DNA of 64,000 nt, taken from NCBI GenBank assembly GCA_965248575.1, contig CBDFJQ010000002.1:3456001-3520000 (forward strand), in the 5' to 3' direction. The notes under the pieces are model-generated. The model had not been told where the DNA came from. It saw only the letters and a list, made by a program, of their open reading frames with translations, and searched no databases. The position numbers and the translations under genes were made by a program. Position 1 is the stretch's first letter. Each line of letters starts with the position of its first letter. The stretch comes from Planctomycetota bacterium. Lineage in GTDB: Bacteria; Planctomycetota; B15-G4. This document shows, one piece after another, positions 1-9,207 of the stretch.

Positions 1-2
1 GC

Positions 3-2390
3 GACTCCGCCCTCTCTCACTTCCGGGAGACGGTGCAGACCTTCACCGGCGCGGCCACCCACGAGCTGCGCGGCAACAGCCCGCTGCCAGCAGCCCGGCT
101 GGGGGACTTGCTTCGGCACCCTCAGGTGAAGGCCGCCCAGCCCATCGTCGAATCCAACCTGCTGCTCGAGCTGCCCGGCGGGGGGGCACGCCCTTTGCGG
201 CTCGTGGGCATCGACCCCTTCCTCTCCGCCCCCTTCCTCCAACTCGACGAGCAGACCCTCGCAGACGCCAGCGAACGCGGGTTGTTCGAACGGCTGCTGA
301 CCGAGCCTAGCCTCGTGCTCATGTCGGAGTCCTCACTGGCTGAGATGGGTTTGTGGGAGCCCGGCTCGGGTGCAGGCTCCGTGCTCCCCGCCCGCGGGCC
401 CGAAGGCCCGCTGCGCTTGGTGGTCGAGGCCATTCCTTCAGCAAGCCTGGCTGCGGGCGAACCGCCCATCGCCCTGGCCGACCTGGCCACCGCGCAGGAG
501 CTGCTCGGCCTGGGTTCGCGGGTCACACGCTTCGACCTCATTCTGGACGGCGAGGAGAGCCAGCTGTCGCTGCTGGCGGGTGAGCGTCTCAGCAAGCCGG
601 CCGCTCGCGGGGAGCGGGCCGCGAGCATGACGGACGCCTTCCGAACCAACCTTTTGTGCCTCGGGTTCTTGGCGGTGCTCGTGGGTGGCTTCCTGGCCTA
701 CAACATGGCGCAGTTTGCGGTGGTGCGGCGTCGCCCCCTGCTGGGGCGCCTGCGCTGTCTCGGCGCCGATGCCCGCACACTCATGGCGGCGCTCCTGCTG
801 GAAGCCACCTGCCTGGGCCTGCTGGGCAGCGCTGTGGGCATCGGACTCGGCTGGCTCATGGCCCACACGATGGTGGCGGATGTCGCCCGAACGGTGAGCA
901 CGCTCTACGGCTACATCGAAACACCTGTCCCGCAGCTGGACGCTCTCACCCTGGCGCTGGCCGCAGCGGTGGGGACCCTGGCGGCCGTGGCGGCCACCTG
1001 GGCACCGGCGCGCTCCGCCGCACGCACCTCGCCCGCAGTCATCGCGGGTCGCCGGCACACGCCCAACACCCTGGCACCCCTTTGGGTTCCCGCAGCGCTG
1101 TTCCTGGGCGGTGCGCTGCTCCTGCTTCCGTCGGGCAGCGCGGTCCTGCTCCCAGCTGTCACCGTCCTGGCCTGGTTGCTGGCGAGCGCGAACGGCCTCC
1201 CTCACCTGCTGGGGCGCGTGGTTCGATGGCGGGTCCATCGCCCCGTGCTCGCCCTGGCCTTCGGGCGCATCCAGCGTTCCCTGGGTCGCACCGGTTCTGC
1301 GGCCGGTGCCCTGGCAATGCCGCTGGCCATGACCATCGCCATCCTCGTGATGGTCGGCTCGTTCCGAGCAGAGGTCACAGCCTGGTCCAGCTCGATCCTG
1401 TCGGCCGACGTGTACGTGAAGCCCCTCTACCAGGAGCTCTACGCGGACACGGCTCGCCTCTCTCCTGACCTGCTCCAGGCCTTCGCCGACTCGCCCGAGG
1501 TGGAGGCGGTGGACCGGCTGCGACTCACGGAACAGACCCGCGGGGACATCAGCTTCCTGGTGGCGGGCTCGCCCATGGAAGCCACCCGCGCCCGGCGCTC
1601 CATGCGGGTGATCTCCGGGGGCGCCGTGCCCGAACTGATGCAGCTTCTGGACGCCGGAGAAGCACTGATCAGCGAGCCCCTGGCCAACCGGCTCGACCTC
1701 TCCGTGGGCGACACGCTCCAGCTGGACGACCGAGACGGCGGGCTCTCGATGCCCATCGCCGGTGTCTTCCAGGACTTCTCCTGGGACCGGGGCTACGCCC
1801 TGCTCTCGGAGCAACGCTACCTCTCCATCTATGGGGACACGGGGGTGCGCAACGCAGCGCTGCTGCTGAGCCCGGGCACGGATGCTGATGCCTATGCGCG
1901 CTCCCTCTCCAGCCGCTTCGAGGAGGCCGAGTTCCGCACGGTGGAAGTTCTGCGCCAGGACATCCTGCGGGCCTTCAACGACACCTTCGCCATCACCTAC
2001 GTCTTGCAGACCATCTCCACGGCCCTGGCGTTGGTGGGCATCCTGACCGCGGTGCTCTGCTTGCACCTGGAGCGACGCAGCGAGTTGGGCGTGCTGCGCG
2101 CCCTCGGCGCCCGACAGCGCACGGTGGGGCGCCTGCTGATGGTGGAGGCGCTCGTGCTGCTGGGGGTCGCGGCCGCCGCAGCCATCCCCGTGGGCCTGGG
2201 CCTGGCCTGGGTGCTCGTCTCGGTGGTGAACACCCGCTCGTTCGGTTGGAGCTTTCCCATGCTCGTGGAGGTCGGGCCCATCGCTGGGCTGATGGGCATG
2301 GCGCTGCTTGCGGGACTGCTTGCCGGCTGCGTGCCGTGGTGGTTGGTGCGCAAGGCAGCGGTCGCGGATCTGCTAGAGAGTCGACGATGA
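3..2390 (+). CDS. ABC transporter permease, FtsX/MacB-like (AttF/G type), 5'-partial
   Basis: Frame is open from base 3 (DSALSHFRETVQ...), so the start lies upstream of the window. Two FtsX-type repeats (RRRPLLGRLRCLGA; ERRSELGVLRALGA), many TM helices, C-terminal VNTRSFGWS motif; followed by an AttH-like gene. Confidence 0.85.
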   Translation, partial: DSALSHFRETVQTFTGAATHELRGNSPLPAARLGDLLRHPQVKAAQPIVESNLLLELPGGGARPLRLVGIDPFLSAPFLQLDEQTLADASERGLFERLLTEPSLVLMSESSLAEMGLWEPGSGAGSVLPARGPEGPLRLVVEAIPSASLAAGEPPIALADLATAQELLGLGSRVTRFDLILDGEESQLSLLAGERLSKPAARGERAASMTDAFRTNLLCLGFLAVLVGGFLAYNMAQFAVVRRRPLLGRLRCLGADARTLMAALLLEATCLGLLGSAVGIGLGWLMAHTMVADVARTVSTLYGYIETPVPQLDALTLALAAAVGTLAAVAATWAPARSAARTSPAVIAGRRHTPNTLAPLWVPAALFLGGALLLLPSGSAVLLPAVTVLAWLLASANGLPHLLGRVVRWRVHRPVLALAFGRIQRSLGRTGSAAGALAMPLAMTIAILVMVGSFRAEVTAWSSSILSADVYVKPLYQELYADTARLSPDLLQAFADSPEVEAVDRLRLTEQTRGDISFLVAGSPMEATRARRSMRVISGGAVPELMQLLDAGEALISEPLANRLDLSVGDTLQLDDRDGGLSMPIAGVFQDFSWDRGYALLSEQRYLSIYGDTGVRNAALLLSPGTDADAYARSLSSRFEEAEFRTVEVLRQDILRAFNDTFAITYVLQTISTALALVGILTAVLCLHLERRSELGVLRALGARQRTVGRLLMVEALVLLGVAAAAAIPVGLGLAWVLVSVVNTRSFGWSFPMLVEVGPIAGLMGMALLAGLLAGCVPWWLVRKAAVADLLESRR

Positions 2391-3601
2391 GCTTCCGGCC
2401 GCAGCTCGCTCTCTCACTGTGTCTTCTGTGCCTCTGCCTGGGAGGCGTCTCCCCGGCGGTCCGCGCGCAGGTCCCGGCGCCCCCAAGGGAGAGACCGGCG
2501 TTCCCTGAGCTGCGCAACGCCGAAGGCTTCCTGCAAGCGGGGCCCGGCCGAGAGCTCCGGCTTCCCGGGGATCACGCGGCACATCCCGAAACACGCACTG
2601 AGTGGTGGTACCTGACCGGCCCCCTGGAAGGTCCCGACGGTGAGCTCTTCGCCTTCCAGGCGACGTGGTTCAGGCGGGCCCTGATGTACGAGGTCGAGCA
2701 GGGCCGATCGAAACTTGCAACGCGCGATGTGCTGCTCTTCCACGGAGTCCTTGCTGATGTAGGCCAGGGCACAGTGCACTTCGTCGAGCAGGCCAGCCGC
2801 GCGTACCCGCCCTGGGCCTGGTCGAACCCCGAGCGCCTGGACGTCTCTCTCTTCGAGCAGAGCCTGGTGGATGCCAGCGGACGCGGAGAGTCGGCCAGCC
2901 TCGCCATGCACGCCGACGGGGCCCGGGTGCAGCTGGAACTCGACCTGGACAGCGTCACACCACTCCTGCACGGAAGCGAAGCAGGCTTGTCCGTGAAGGG
3001 GAACGAGCTGGGCCAAGCCAGCTGGTACTACTCGCTCCCGGGCCTGACCGTGGAGGGCACGCTGCAGCTCGAGGGCCAGGATGCCCTGCCCGTGAAGGGC
3101 CACGTCTGGTTCGACCACGAGTTCGGTTCCAGCCAACTCGGTGAGGATCAGCAGGGTTGGGATTGGTTCTCCGTGGTCCTGGACGACGGCTCCGAACTCA
3201 TGCTCTACGACATGCGACTCGCTGACGGCAGCCGCGACAGCACCAGTTCGGGGACGCTGCGACTTCCTGACGACACACGTGTCGTGCTCGCCGAGGAAGA
3301 TTTTCGGATCTCCGTCTCCGAACACTGGACCAGCCCCCGCACCGGCATTCGATACCCCAACGCATGGACCCTCACTGTTCCCAGTGCTGAGCTGAACGTG
3401 CAGGTTCGCCCTGTACTCAACGATCAAGAACTCCGGACACCCGGGACCACCGGCGTGACCTACTGGGAGGGCCTCTGCGAATTCGAGGGAACGCGTGCTG
3501 GACGCCCCCTCCGGGGCAGCGGGTACGTGGAGCTGGTGGGCTACGGCGACACCATCGCCAGTCGCTTCCAGAGTGCACCCAATCGCGGCGTTTCTCGCTG
3601 A
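2387..3601 (+). CDS. Exported lipocalin-like / CrtC-AttH family protein
   Basis: ATGA overlap with the permease stop; signal peptide; motifs DHAAHP..RTEWWY, WFDHEFGS, GWDWFS, DQEL, YWEG, GYVELVGY. Confidence 0.85.
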   Translation: MSFRPQLALSLCLLCLCLGGVSPAVRAQVPAPPRERPAFPELRNAEGFLQAGPGRELRLPGDHAAHPETRTEWWYLTGPLEGPDGELFAFQATWFRRALMYEVEQGRSKLATRDVLLFHGVLADVGQGTVHFVEQASRAYPPWAWSNPERLDVSLFEQSLVDASGRGESASLAMHADGARVQLELDLDSVTPLLHGSEAGLSVKGNELGQASWYYSLPGLTVEGTLQLEGQDALPVKGHVWFDHEFGSSQLGEDQQGWDWFSVVLDDGSELMLYDMRLADGSRDSTSSGTLRLPDDTRVVLAEEDFRISVSEHWTSPRTGIRYPNAWTLTVPSAELNVQVRPVLNDQELRTPGTTGVTYWEGLCEFEGTRAGRPLRGSGYVELVGYGDTIASRFQSAPNRGVSR

Positions 3602-3747
3602 CTCGACCCCCCGGTCAGAAGGTCCAAGAAAAGCGCAACGTGTTATGTTGATCCGTTCACATTTCCGCCGATAAGGCGGAAGAGTCGGGCACCTCCCCCT
3701 CGTGTGTTGCCGACCCACACCGCACCCTTTGAGTGACAGCACGCGCG

Positions 3748-5295
3748 ATGAGAGTCCTATTCCTATCGCCCTTCCTCGCCCAAGAGCCCTTGGGTGTGAT
3801 GTATCTCTCTGGCGCCCTCAAGGCTGCTGGACACGACACCCGAATGATCTTCGTCCCGGACTCACAGTTCGAGGAGAAGCTCCTGGAGTACGACCCGCAG
3901 GTGGTCTGCTTCTCGTTCACGACCGGGATGCACAACACGGTGCTCGGCTTGAACGCTCGTGTGAAGAAGCTCATGCCGCACGTGGTCTCGGTGGCCGGCG
4001 GCGCCCACGTGACCGTGGTGCCTGAGTTCATCCAGGAAGAAGGCATCGATGCCATCTGCCGCGGCGACGGTGAGTATGCCCTCGTCGAGTTCATCCGCCG
4101 CGTCGACGCCGGCGAAGACCTCACGAACATCCCCAGCATCAACTACAAGGATGCTGACGGCGTCATCCACACCAATGAGCCCGGGCCCCTGGAATCAGAT
4201 CTCGAGGTCTTCGGCTTCTGTGATCGCTCGGTGGTCTACGACGCCGCGGATTTCTACCGCAGCAGCGAGCGCAAGGTCATCAAGACCGACCGCGGCTGCC
4301 CCATGAACTGCTCCTTCTGCTTCCACCACGCCTGGAAGAAGAAGGTCTACAAGGTCACGAACAACGAGTACGTGCGCCGCCGCAGCGTCAGCCACGTCAT
4401 CGAAGAAGCACTGAAGATCAAGGAGCAGTATCCGCTCTCCTTCGTCCACTTCCTGGACGACATCTTCAACATCAACAACAAGTGGCTGGAGGAGTTCGCC
4501 GAGCGCTGGCCCAAGGAGGTCGGCATCCCCTTTGATGCGATTCTCATGGCCAACATGGTCACCGAGAAGCACATCAAGCTGCTCAAGAAGGCTGGCTGCC
4601 TCTACGCCCGCATCGCCTTCGAGGCCGCCAACGACCACATGCGCAATGCGGTCATGAAGAAGAACACCACGCGCCAGCAGCTCATTCGCGCGGCGGGCTT
4701 CATCCGCCAGCACGGCATCCGCCTGGGCAGCCTGAACATGATGGGTGGGCCCGGCACCTCCATCGACGACGACATTGAAACGATCCTGCTCAACATCGAA
4801 TGCAAGGTGGACCACCCCCTCGCGTCGCTGCTGCAGCCGTACCCGATGACCGACATCAACGACATGACGGAGGAGATGGGGCTGGCGACGGACACCTGGG
4901 ACGAGTTCCCCGCGTTGTTCAACCGCACCACCTCCATCGCGCTGCCCAATCGGCACTACTTCGAGAACCTGCACAAGTGGTTCCCGGTCGTGGTGCGCTT
5001 CCCGAAGACCTTGCCCTTCGCGCGCAAGGCCATTCGCTGGAAGCTCATGAGCCGCCCGTTCACCTGGATGTACATGCTCTGGAGTGAGTGGCTGGTGACG
5101 GAACAGAACCAGCTCTACTACGCCGCCCAGGGCAAGAAGGGTTTCAAGACCCTGCCGCCGGTGGACTTCACTCAACGGGTGTTCACCAAGGGCGTCATCC
5201 GCATCTTCTCGTCCATCTTCAAGCGCAGCGTCTCCAAGACCGGTCTGAAGTTGTCGCTCAACGACGAGCGCGTGATGAACCACATGGACGACTAG
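3748..5295 (+). CDS. Cobalamin-binding-domain radical SAM protein
   Basis: N-terminal B12-binding region (PLGVMYLS...GGAHVT...GDGE) and RGCPMNCSFC CxxxCxxC motif; substrate unknown. Confidence 0.85.
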   Translation: MRVLFLSPFLAQEPLGVMYLSGALKAAGHDTRMIFVPDSQFEEKLLEYDPQVVCFSFTTGMHNTVLGLNARVKKLMPHVVSVAGGAHVTVVPEFIQEEGIDAICRGDGEYALVEFIRRVDAGEDLTNIPSINYKDADGVIHTNEPGPLESDLEVFGFCDRSVVYDAADFYRSSERKVIKTDRGCPMNCSFCFHHAWKKKVYKVTNNEYVRRRSVSHVIEEALKIKEQYPLSFVHFLDDIFNINNKWLEEFAERWPKEVGIPFDAILMANMVTEKHIKLLKKAGCLYARIAFEAANDHMRNAVMKKNTTRQQLIRAAGFIRQHGIRLGSLNMMGGPGTSIDDDIETILLNIECKVDHPLASLLQPYPMTDINDMTEEMGLATDTWDEFPALFNRTTSIALPNRHYFENLHKWFPVVVRFPKTLPFARKAIRWKLMSRPFTWMYMLWSEWLVTEQNQLYYAAQGKKGFKTLPPVDFTQRVFTKGVIRIFSSIFKRSVSKTGLKLSLNDERVMNHMDD

Positions 5296-5374
5296 GGCCC
5301 ACGCCTGAGCAGGTGCTCCCTGCTTTCCCGCGCTGTCCTGCTAGACTCCGTGCCTCCTGCCCTGGGAGTTCCGG

Positions 5375-6403
5375 ATGAATGCTCGTGTGGTCGCAGTCTT
5401 CGCTGCTGCTCTGATAGGCCTTGTGATCCTGGCCACGGTCGGTGGGGGCAAGAATGCCGATGTCGTACTCTATTGCGCGGTGGACCGCGCCCACTCCGAG
5501 CCCATCGTTCGCGCCTTCGAGGCAGCCACGGGCCTCACGGTGGACTTCCAGCCCGACGTCGAGCTGAGCAAGTCCGTGGGGCACCGCCGCCGCCTCCAGG
5601 AGGAAGCAGGCAACACACGCTGCGACGTCTTCTGGAACAACGAAGTGGTGCAGATGGTGTTGTTGGCCGAGGCCGGTCTGCTTCAACCCTACGCCTCACC
5701 CGAGGCGGCCGACATCCCGCAGGGCCTACGGGACCCGGACGACCTGTGGGTGGGCTTCGGTGCCCGCGCCCGAGTGCTCATCGTGAACACGGATGAGTGC
5801 CCCGACCCTGCGCTGCGCCCGAGCAGCACGACGGACTTCCTGGCCGCCACGTGGAAGGGCCGCGCGGGCATGGCGGAGCCACTCACCGGCACGACGGCAG
5901 CGCACGGCAGCATCTGGATCCAGGACTGGGGCCTCGACCGGACCCTGGAGATGTTCCAAGCCATGAGCGACAACGGCGTGGCCTTCGGCCCTGGCAACGC
6001 CCACCTCATGAAGCTCGTGAGGGATGGCAAGCTGGCCTTTGGCTTCACGGACACGGATGACGCCAAGGTGGCCCTCGACGCTGGAGCCCCGGTGGTGCAG
6101 ATCGTCCCCGATCAGGGCCCGGGTGACCCCGGCCTGATCGTCATCCCCAACACCGTCGCCATGGTCGCCGACGCGCCCCACCCCGAGGCAGCCCGCAGGC
6201 TCATCGACTTCCTCTGCTCGCGAGCGGTGGAGGAGATGCTCGCCCATGGTCCCTCGGCCCAGATCCCCGTGCGCAGCGACGTTCCGAGACCGGACGGGGT
6301 GCTCGACCTCTCCCAGTACACCCTGGCCCCCATCGATTGGCGCGCCGTGGGCGAGACCTACGGCGACTCCGTCGATGCCCTGGAAGACTTCTTCACCAAG
6401 TAG
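5375..6403 (+). CDS. Extracellular solute-binding protein (Fe3+/AfuA-like ABC substrate-binding family)
   Basis: N-terminal hydrophobic segment; CDVFWNNE, GLLQPY, GARARVLIVN, TDTDD, IPNTV...APHPEAARRLIDFL motifs. Confidence 0.8.
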   Translation: MNARVVAVFAAALIGLVILATVGGGKNADVVLYCAVDRAHSEPIVRAFEAATGLTVDFQPDVELSKSVGHRRRLQEEAGNTRCDVFWNNEVVQMVLLAEAGLLQPYASPEAADIPQGLRDPDDLWVGFGARARVLIVNTDECPDPALRPSSTTDFLAATWKGRAGMAEPLTGTTAAHGSIWIQDWGLDRTLEMFQAMSDNGVAFGPGNAHLMKLVRDGKLAFGFTDTDDAKVALDAGAPVVQIVPDQGPGDPGLIVIPNTVAMVADAPHPEAARRLIDFLCSRAVEEMLAHGPSAQIPVRSDVPRPDGVLDLSQYTLAPIDWRAVGETYGDSVDALEDFFTK

Positions 6404-6413
6404 AGGCCCTAGC

Positions 6414-6839
6414 GTGGACGCCAGTCACGAGCTCATCACCCTGCGCGAAAAGACGGAGCGCATGCTGGAGCATGCGGTGCGCGAATTCGAATCCGTCGGT
6501 GACCGCTACGAGATCCCCTATCAATCGACGCGGGTGATCGTGCACCCCATCGAGTGGACCAAGGGGCGCACCCTGTTGCGCATCCTTGCCCCGATCCTGG
6601 TGGACGTGGACGTCGAGCCCGAGCTCTACAAGAAACTGAGTGAGCTGAATAACACGACCATCTTCGGCAAGTTCTACGTGCGCGAACAGACCATCTACAT
6701 CGAACACAACCTCTTGGGCGAGTCCGTGGACACCATGGAATTCCGTGCAGCCTTCGCCTCCGTGGCGCACCACGCCGACCACCTGGACGACCGGCTCCTC
6801 GCAGAGTTCGGCGGACGTAAATGGAGCTCCAATGCCTGA
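6414..6839 (+). CDS. YbjN / T3SS-chaperone-like small protein
   Basis: GTG start 10 nt after the upstream stop; 141 aa; pattern LYKKLSELNNTTIFGKFY...HNLLGE...VAHHADHLDDRLLAEFGG typical of YbjN-like folds. Confidence 0.7.
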   Translation: MDASHELITLREKTERMLEHAVREFESVGDRYEIPYQSTRVIVHPIEWTKGRTLLRILAPILVDVDVEPELYKKLSELNNTTIFGKFYVREQTIYIEHNLLGESVDTMEFRAAFASVAHHADHLDDRLLAEFGGRKWSSNA

Positions 6840-9207
6840 GGACAGTGCCGCCTTCGTGCAGCTCGACACGCTCTTGAGCGACGCACATCCGGACGAGCTG
6901 CGAGAGCTCCTGGATGCGGTGACCTTCGTGGCGCGGCGCCTCAACCACAATGTCATCACCTGCGAACACGCCATGGTGGTGGGGGCGGAGCAGGGCCTGG
7001 AACTCATGGCGCGGGCCGTTCCCAGCCTGCCCGCCTTCCGAGAGGCCCTGCTGGATTCGCTCTTCGATGATCGGGATCAGTTCCGGTACGAGGCCGAGGC
7101 AGACCAGGAACAGATGTGGGTCAAACCCGAGATGGCCCAGCTGCTGAAGCGCATCGAAGGCGGCGAAGCCATCCCGAAGGTCCTGGCCGAGGTCATGCGG
7201 GGCGACATCCCCAGGATTCGGCGCGCCGTGGCCTACGCCAGGGACAACGAACCAGAGGTCCTGCCCCCGGACACCATCACCCTCGAGGCACTGCAGGACC
7301 TCCAGGACTCCCTGCCGTCCTCGACCTCCAGGGACGCTCCTCCCGTCGCTGGCGCCTCCCAAGAGCAAGATGGTGCGGACAAGGTGCAGAGCCCTCGCTC
7401 CGGCGGCAGGAGCCCCTTGCCGCTTACAGCCGACCTCGCCGACGAGTCAGCAGAGGATCCGCCTGTCGTAGGCCGTGATGGTCTGTTCGACCAAGTGGCA
7501 CGCATCCTGCTCCGCTTCCACGAGCCCGCCATCTTGCTGGTGAGCCCGCCCGGTGCCGGCAAGACCAGCTTCGTGCGAGGCATTGCCCGCGCCGCCGCAA
7601 GCGGTGCGCTGCCCGCGCTCAAGGGTTTCCGCTTCCTGCGGCTGAAGCTCCTGGACCTCGTGGCCCAGAGCCATCGCGGCCAGGACCCGCACGCCGTGGT
7701 GGCCCAGATCCTCAGCGCCGTCACCGAAGACCCGACGACCGTCTTGGTCATCGACGACCTGCATCTGCTGGTGGCCAAGCAGGGCTACCCGCTCATGTCG
7801 GACCTGATCGACACCGTGAAGATGCACATCACGCGCGGCAAGGTGCGCGCCCTGCTCACGGTCGACGCCGACGCGTACCAGAAGTCGTTCGGGGGCGATA
7901 CCTTCTTCACGTCGCAGATCACCGTGAAGCGATTGCCCATCATGGAACGGGAAACGCTCAGCGAGGTCGTTCGACTCTACAAGCCACGCCTCGAACAGCA
8001 CTTCCGCCTGGTCTTGGAGGATGGGGCCCTGGAGGCTGCCGTCGAAGCCACCATGAGTGAGGAGAGCCCCGAGTACTGGCCGCCCGGCTCGACCATCCGC
8101 TTGCTCGATGAAGCCTGTGCCATGGCGCGCTCCGAGCTTTCTGCCGGAGTCACGGACGAGCACGTGCGCCGCTGCTGTTCGGAAGAGAGGCCCTCCGCGG
8201 CTCACCTCGACCGGGCCCGCCTGCAGCTCATCGAACAGCGCCTGGAAGAGCGGGTGCTCGGGCAGGAGGTCGCGGCAGGCGCGGTGGCCCGCCGGGTTCG
8301 GCTCTCCAAACTGCACCTCGATCGCAAACCCGAACGCCCAGACGGCGTGTTCCTGTTCATGGGGCCCTCCGGCGTGGGCAAAACCGAGATGGCGCGGGCC
8401 CTGTCGCGCGCGCTCTACGACGACGAGAGTCGACTGGTCCGGCTCGACATGAGCGAGTACATGGAGCCCCACTCCATCGCCCGGATCATCGGCGCACCGC
8501 CCGGCTACGTGGGCTACGGCAGCGACGGCGCCCTCACGGGCCCTGTGGCCCAGCTCGGCCACTGTGTAGTCCTGCTGGACGAGATCGAGAAGGCCCACCC
8601 ACGCGTCCTCAACCTCTTCCTGCAAGTCTTCGACGACGGCCGGCTCACGGACAGCAAGGGCAAGTTGGTGAGCTTCTCGGACACCGTGGTGATCATGACT
8701 TCCAACATCGGGCGCGAGCTCTACGCCATCCACGACGAAGAGTCCATCGGCTTCGGCCGCAAGGAGGAGGAGGCAAAGGCTGAAGCGCATCCCCTGCGCG
8801 ACACGGTCCAGGACCACCTCTTGCGGGTGCTGCCCTCGGAGTTCGTCAACCGCATCGACGAAATCGTGCCCTTCCGGGTCCTGCATGGGGACGACATGCT
8901 GCGCATCGCCGCACACATGTTGGAGCTCGAGGCGATCCGCTGGCAGCAGCGGGGCAAGTCGTTCCTGTTCGAGGACGAGGTCGCCACGATCATCTCCGGC
9001 AGTGGCTACGACCCGCGGCTCGGCGCGAGGCACGTCGAACGCAACTTGGAACGCCTGGTCATCGCCCTCATCTCCGAGGCCGCCGTGAAACAGGAGTTCG
9101 ATGTGGTCCGGGAACTGAAGCTCAGCGTGACGGACGGGGTCATCTGCCTCTCGCTCGACGGCGTGCCCTTCCAGTGCCTCGGAAACACCGGCATCTCAGA
9201 CGCCTAG
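6832..9207 (+). CDS. ClpA/ClpC-like AAA+ ATPase with degenerate D1 and no M-domain
   Basis: Clp-N-like ARRLNHNVITCEH; D1 SPPGAGKT and VIDDLH; D2 GPSGVGKT, RLDMSEY, PPGYVGY, LLDEIEKAH, GRLTD; IGF loop. Confidence 0.85.
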   Translation: MPEDSAAFVQLDTLLSDAHPDELRELLDAVTFVARRLNHNVITCEHAMVVGAEQGLELMARAVPSLPAFREALLDSLFDDRDQFRYEAEADQEQMWVKPEMAQLLKRIEGGEAIPKVLAEVMRGDIPRIRRAVAYARDNEPEVLPPDTITLEALQDLQDSLPSSTSRDAPPVAGASQEQDGADKVQSPRSGGRSPLPLTADLADESAEDPPVVGRDGLFDQVARILLRFHEPAILLVSPPGAGKTSFVRGIARAAASGALPALKGFRFLRLKLLDLVAQSHRGQDPHAVVAQILSAVTEDPTTVLVIDDLHLLVAKQGYPLMSDLIDTVKMHITRGKVRALLTVDADAYQKSFGGDTFFTSQITVKRLPIMERETLSEVVRLYKPRLEQHFRLVLEDGALEAAVEATMSEESPEYWPPGSTIRLLDEACAMARSELSAGVTDEHVRRCCSEERPSAAHLDRARLQLIEQRLEERVLGQEVAAGAVARRVRLSKLHLDRKPERPDGVFLFMGPSGVGKTEMARALSRALYDDESRLVRLDMSEYMEPHSIARIIGAPPGYVGYGSDGALTGPVAQLGHCVVLLDEIEKAHPRVLNLFLQVFDDGRLTDSKGKLVSFSDTVVIMTSNIGRELYAIHDEESIGFGRKEEEAKAEAHPLRDTVQDHLLRVLPSEFVNRIDEIVPFRVLHGDDMLRIAAHMLELEAIRWQQRGKSFLFEDEVATIISGSGYDPRLGARHVERNLERLVIALISEAAVKQEFDVVRELKLSVTDGVICLSLDGVPFQCLGNTGISDA

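Noticed and set aside
438..2066. 542-aa - strand ORF and similar long antisense ORFs (7447-9033, 44529-46133, 51262-52761, 53922-55547)
   Set aside because: Each lies opposite a well-supported gene and has shadow-ORF composition.
6832..9207. ClpV/T6SS or ClpB assignment
   Set aside because: No T6SS genes nearby, no M-domain, and an IGF loop is present.
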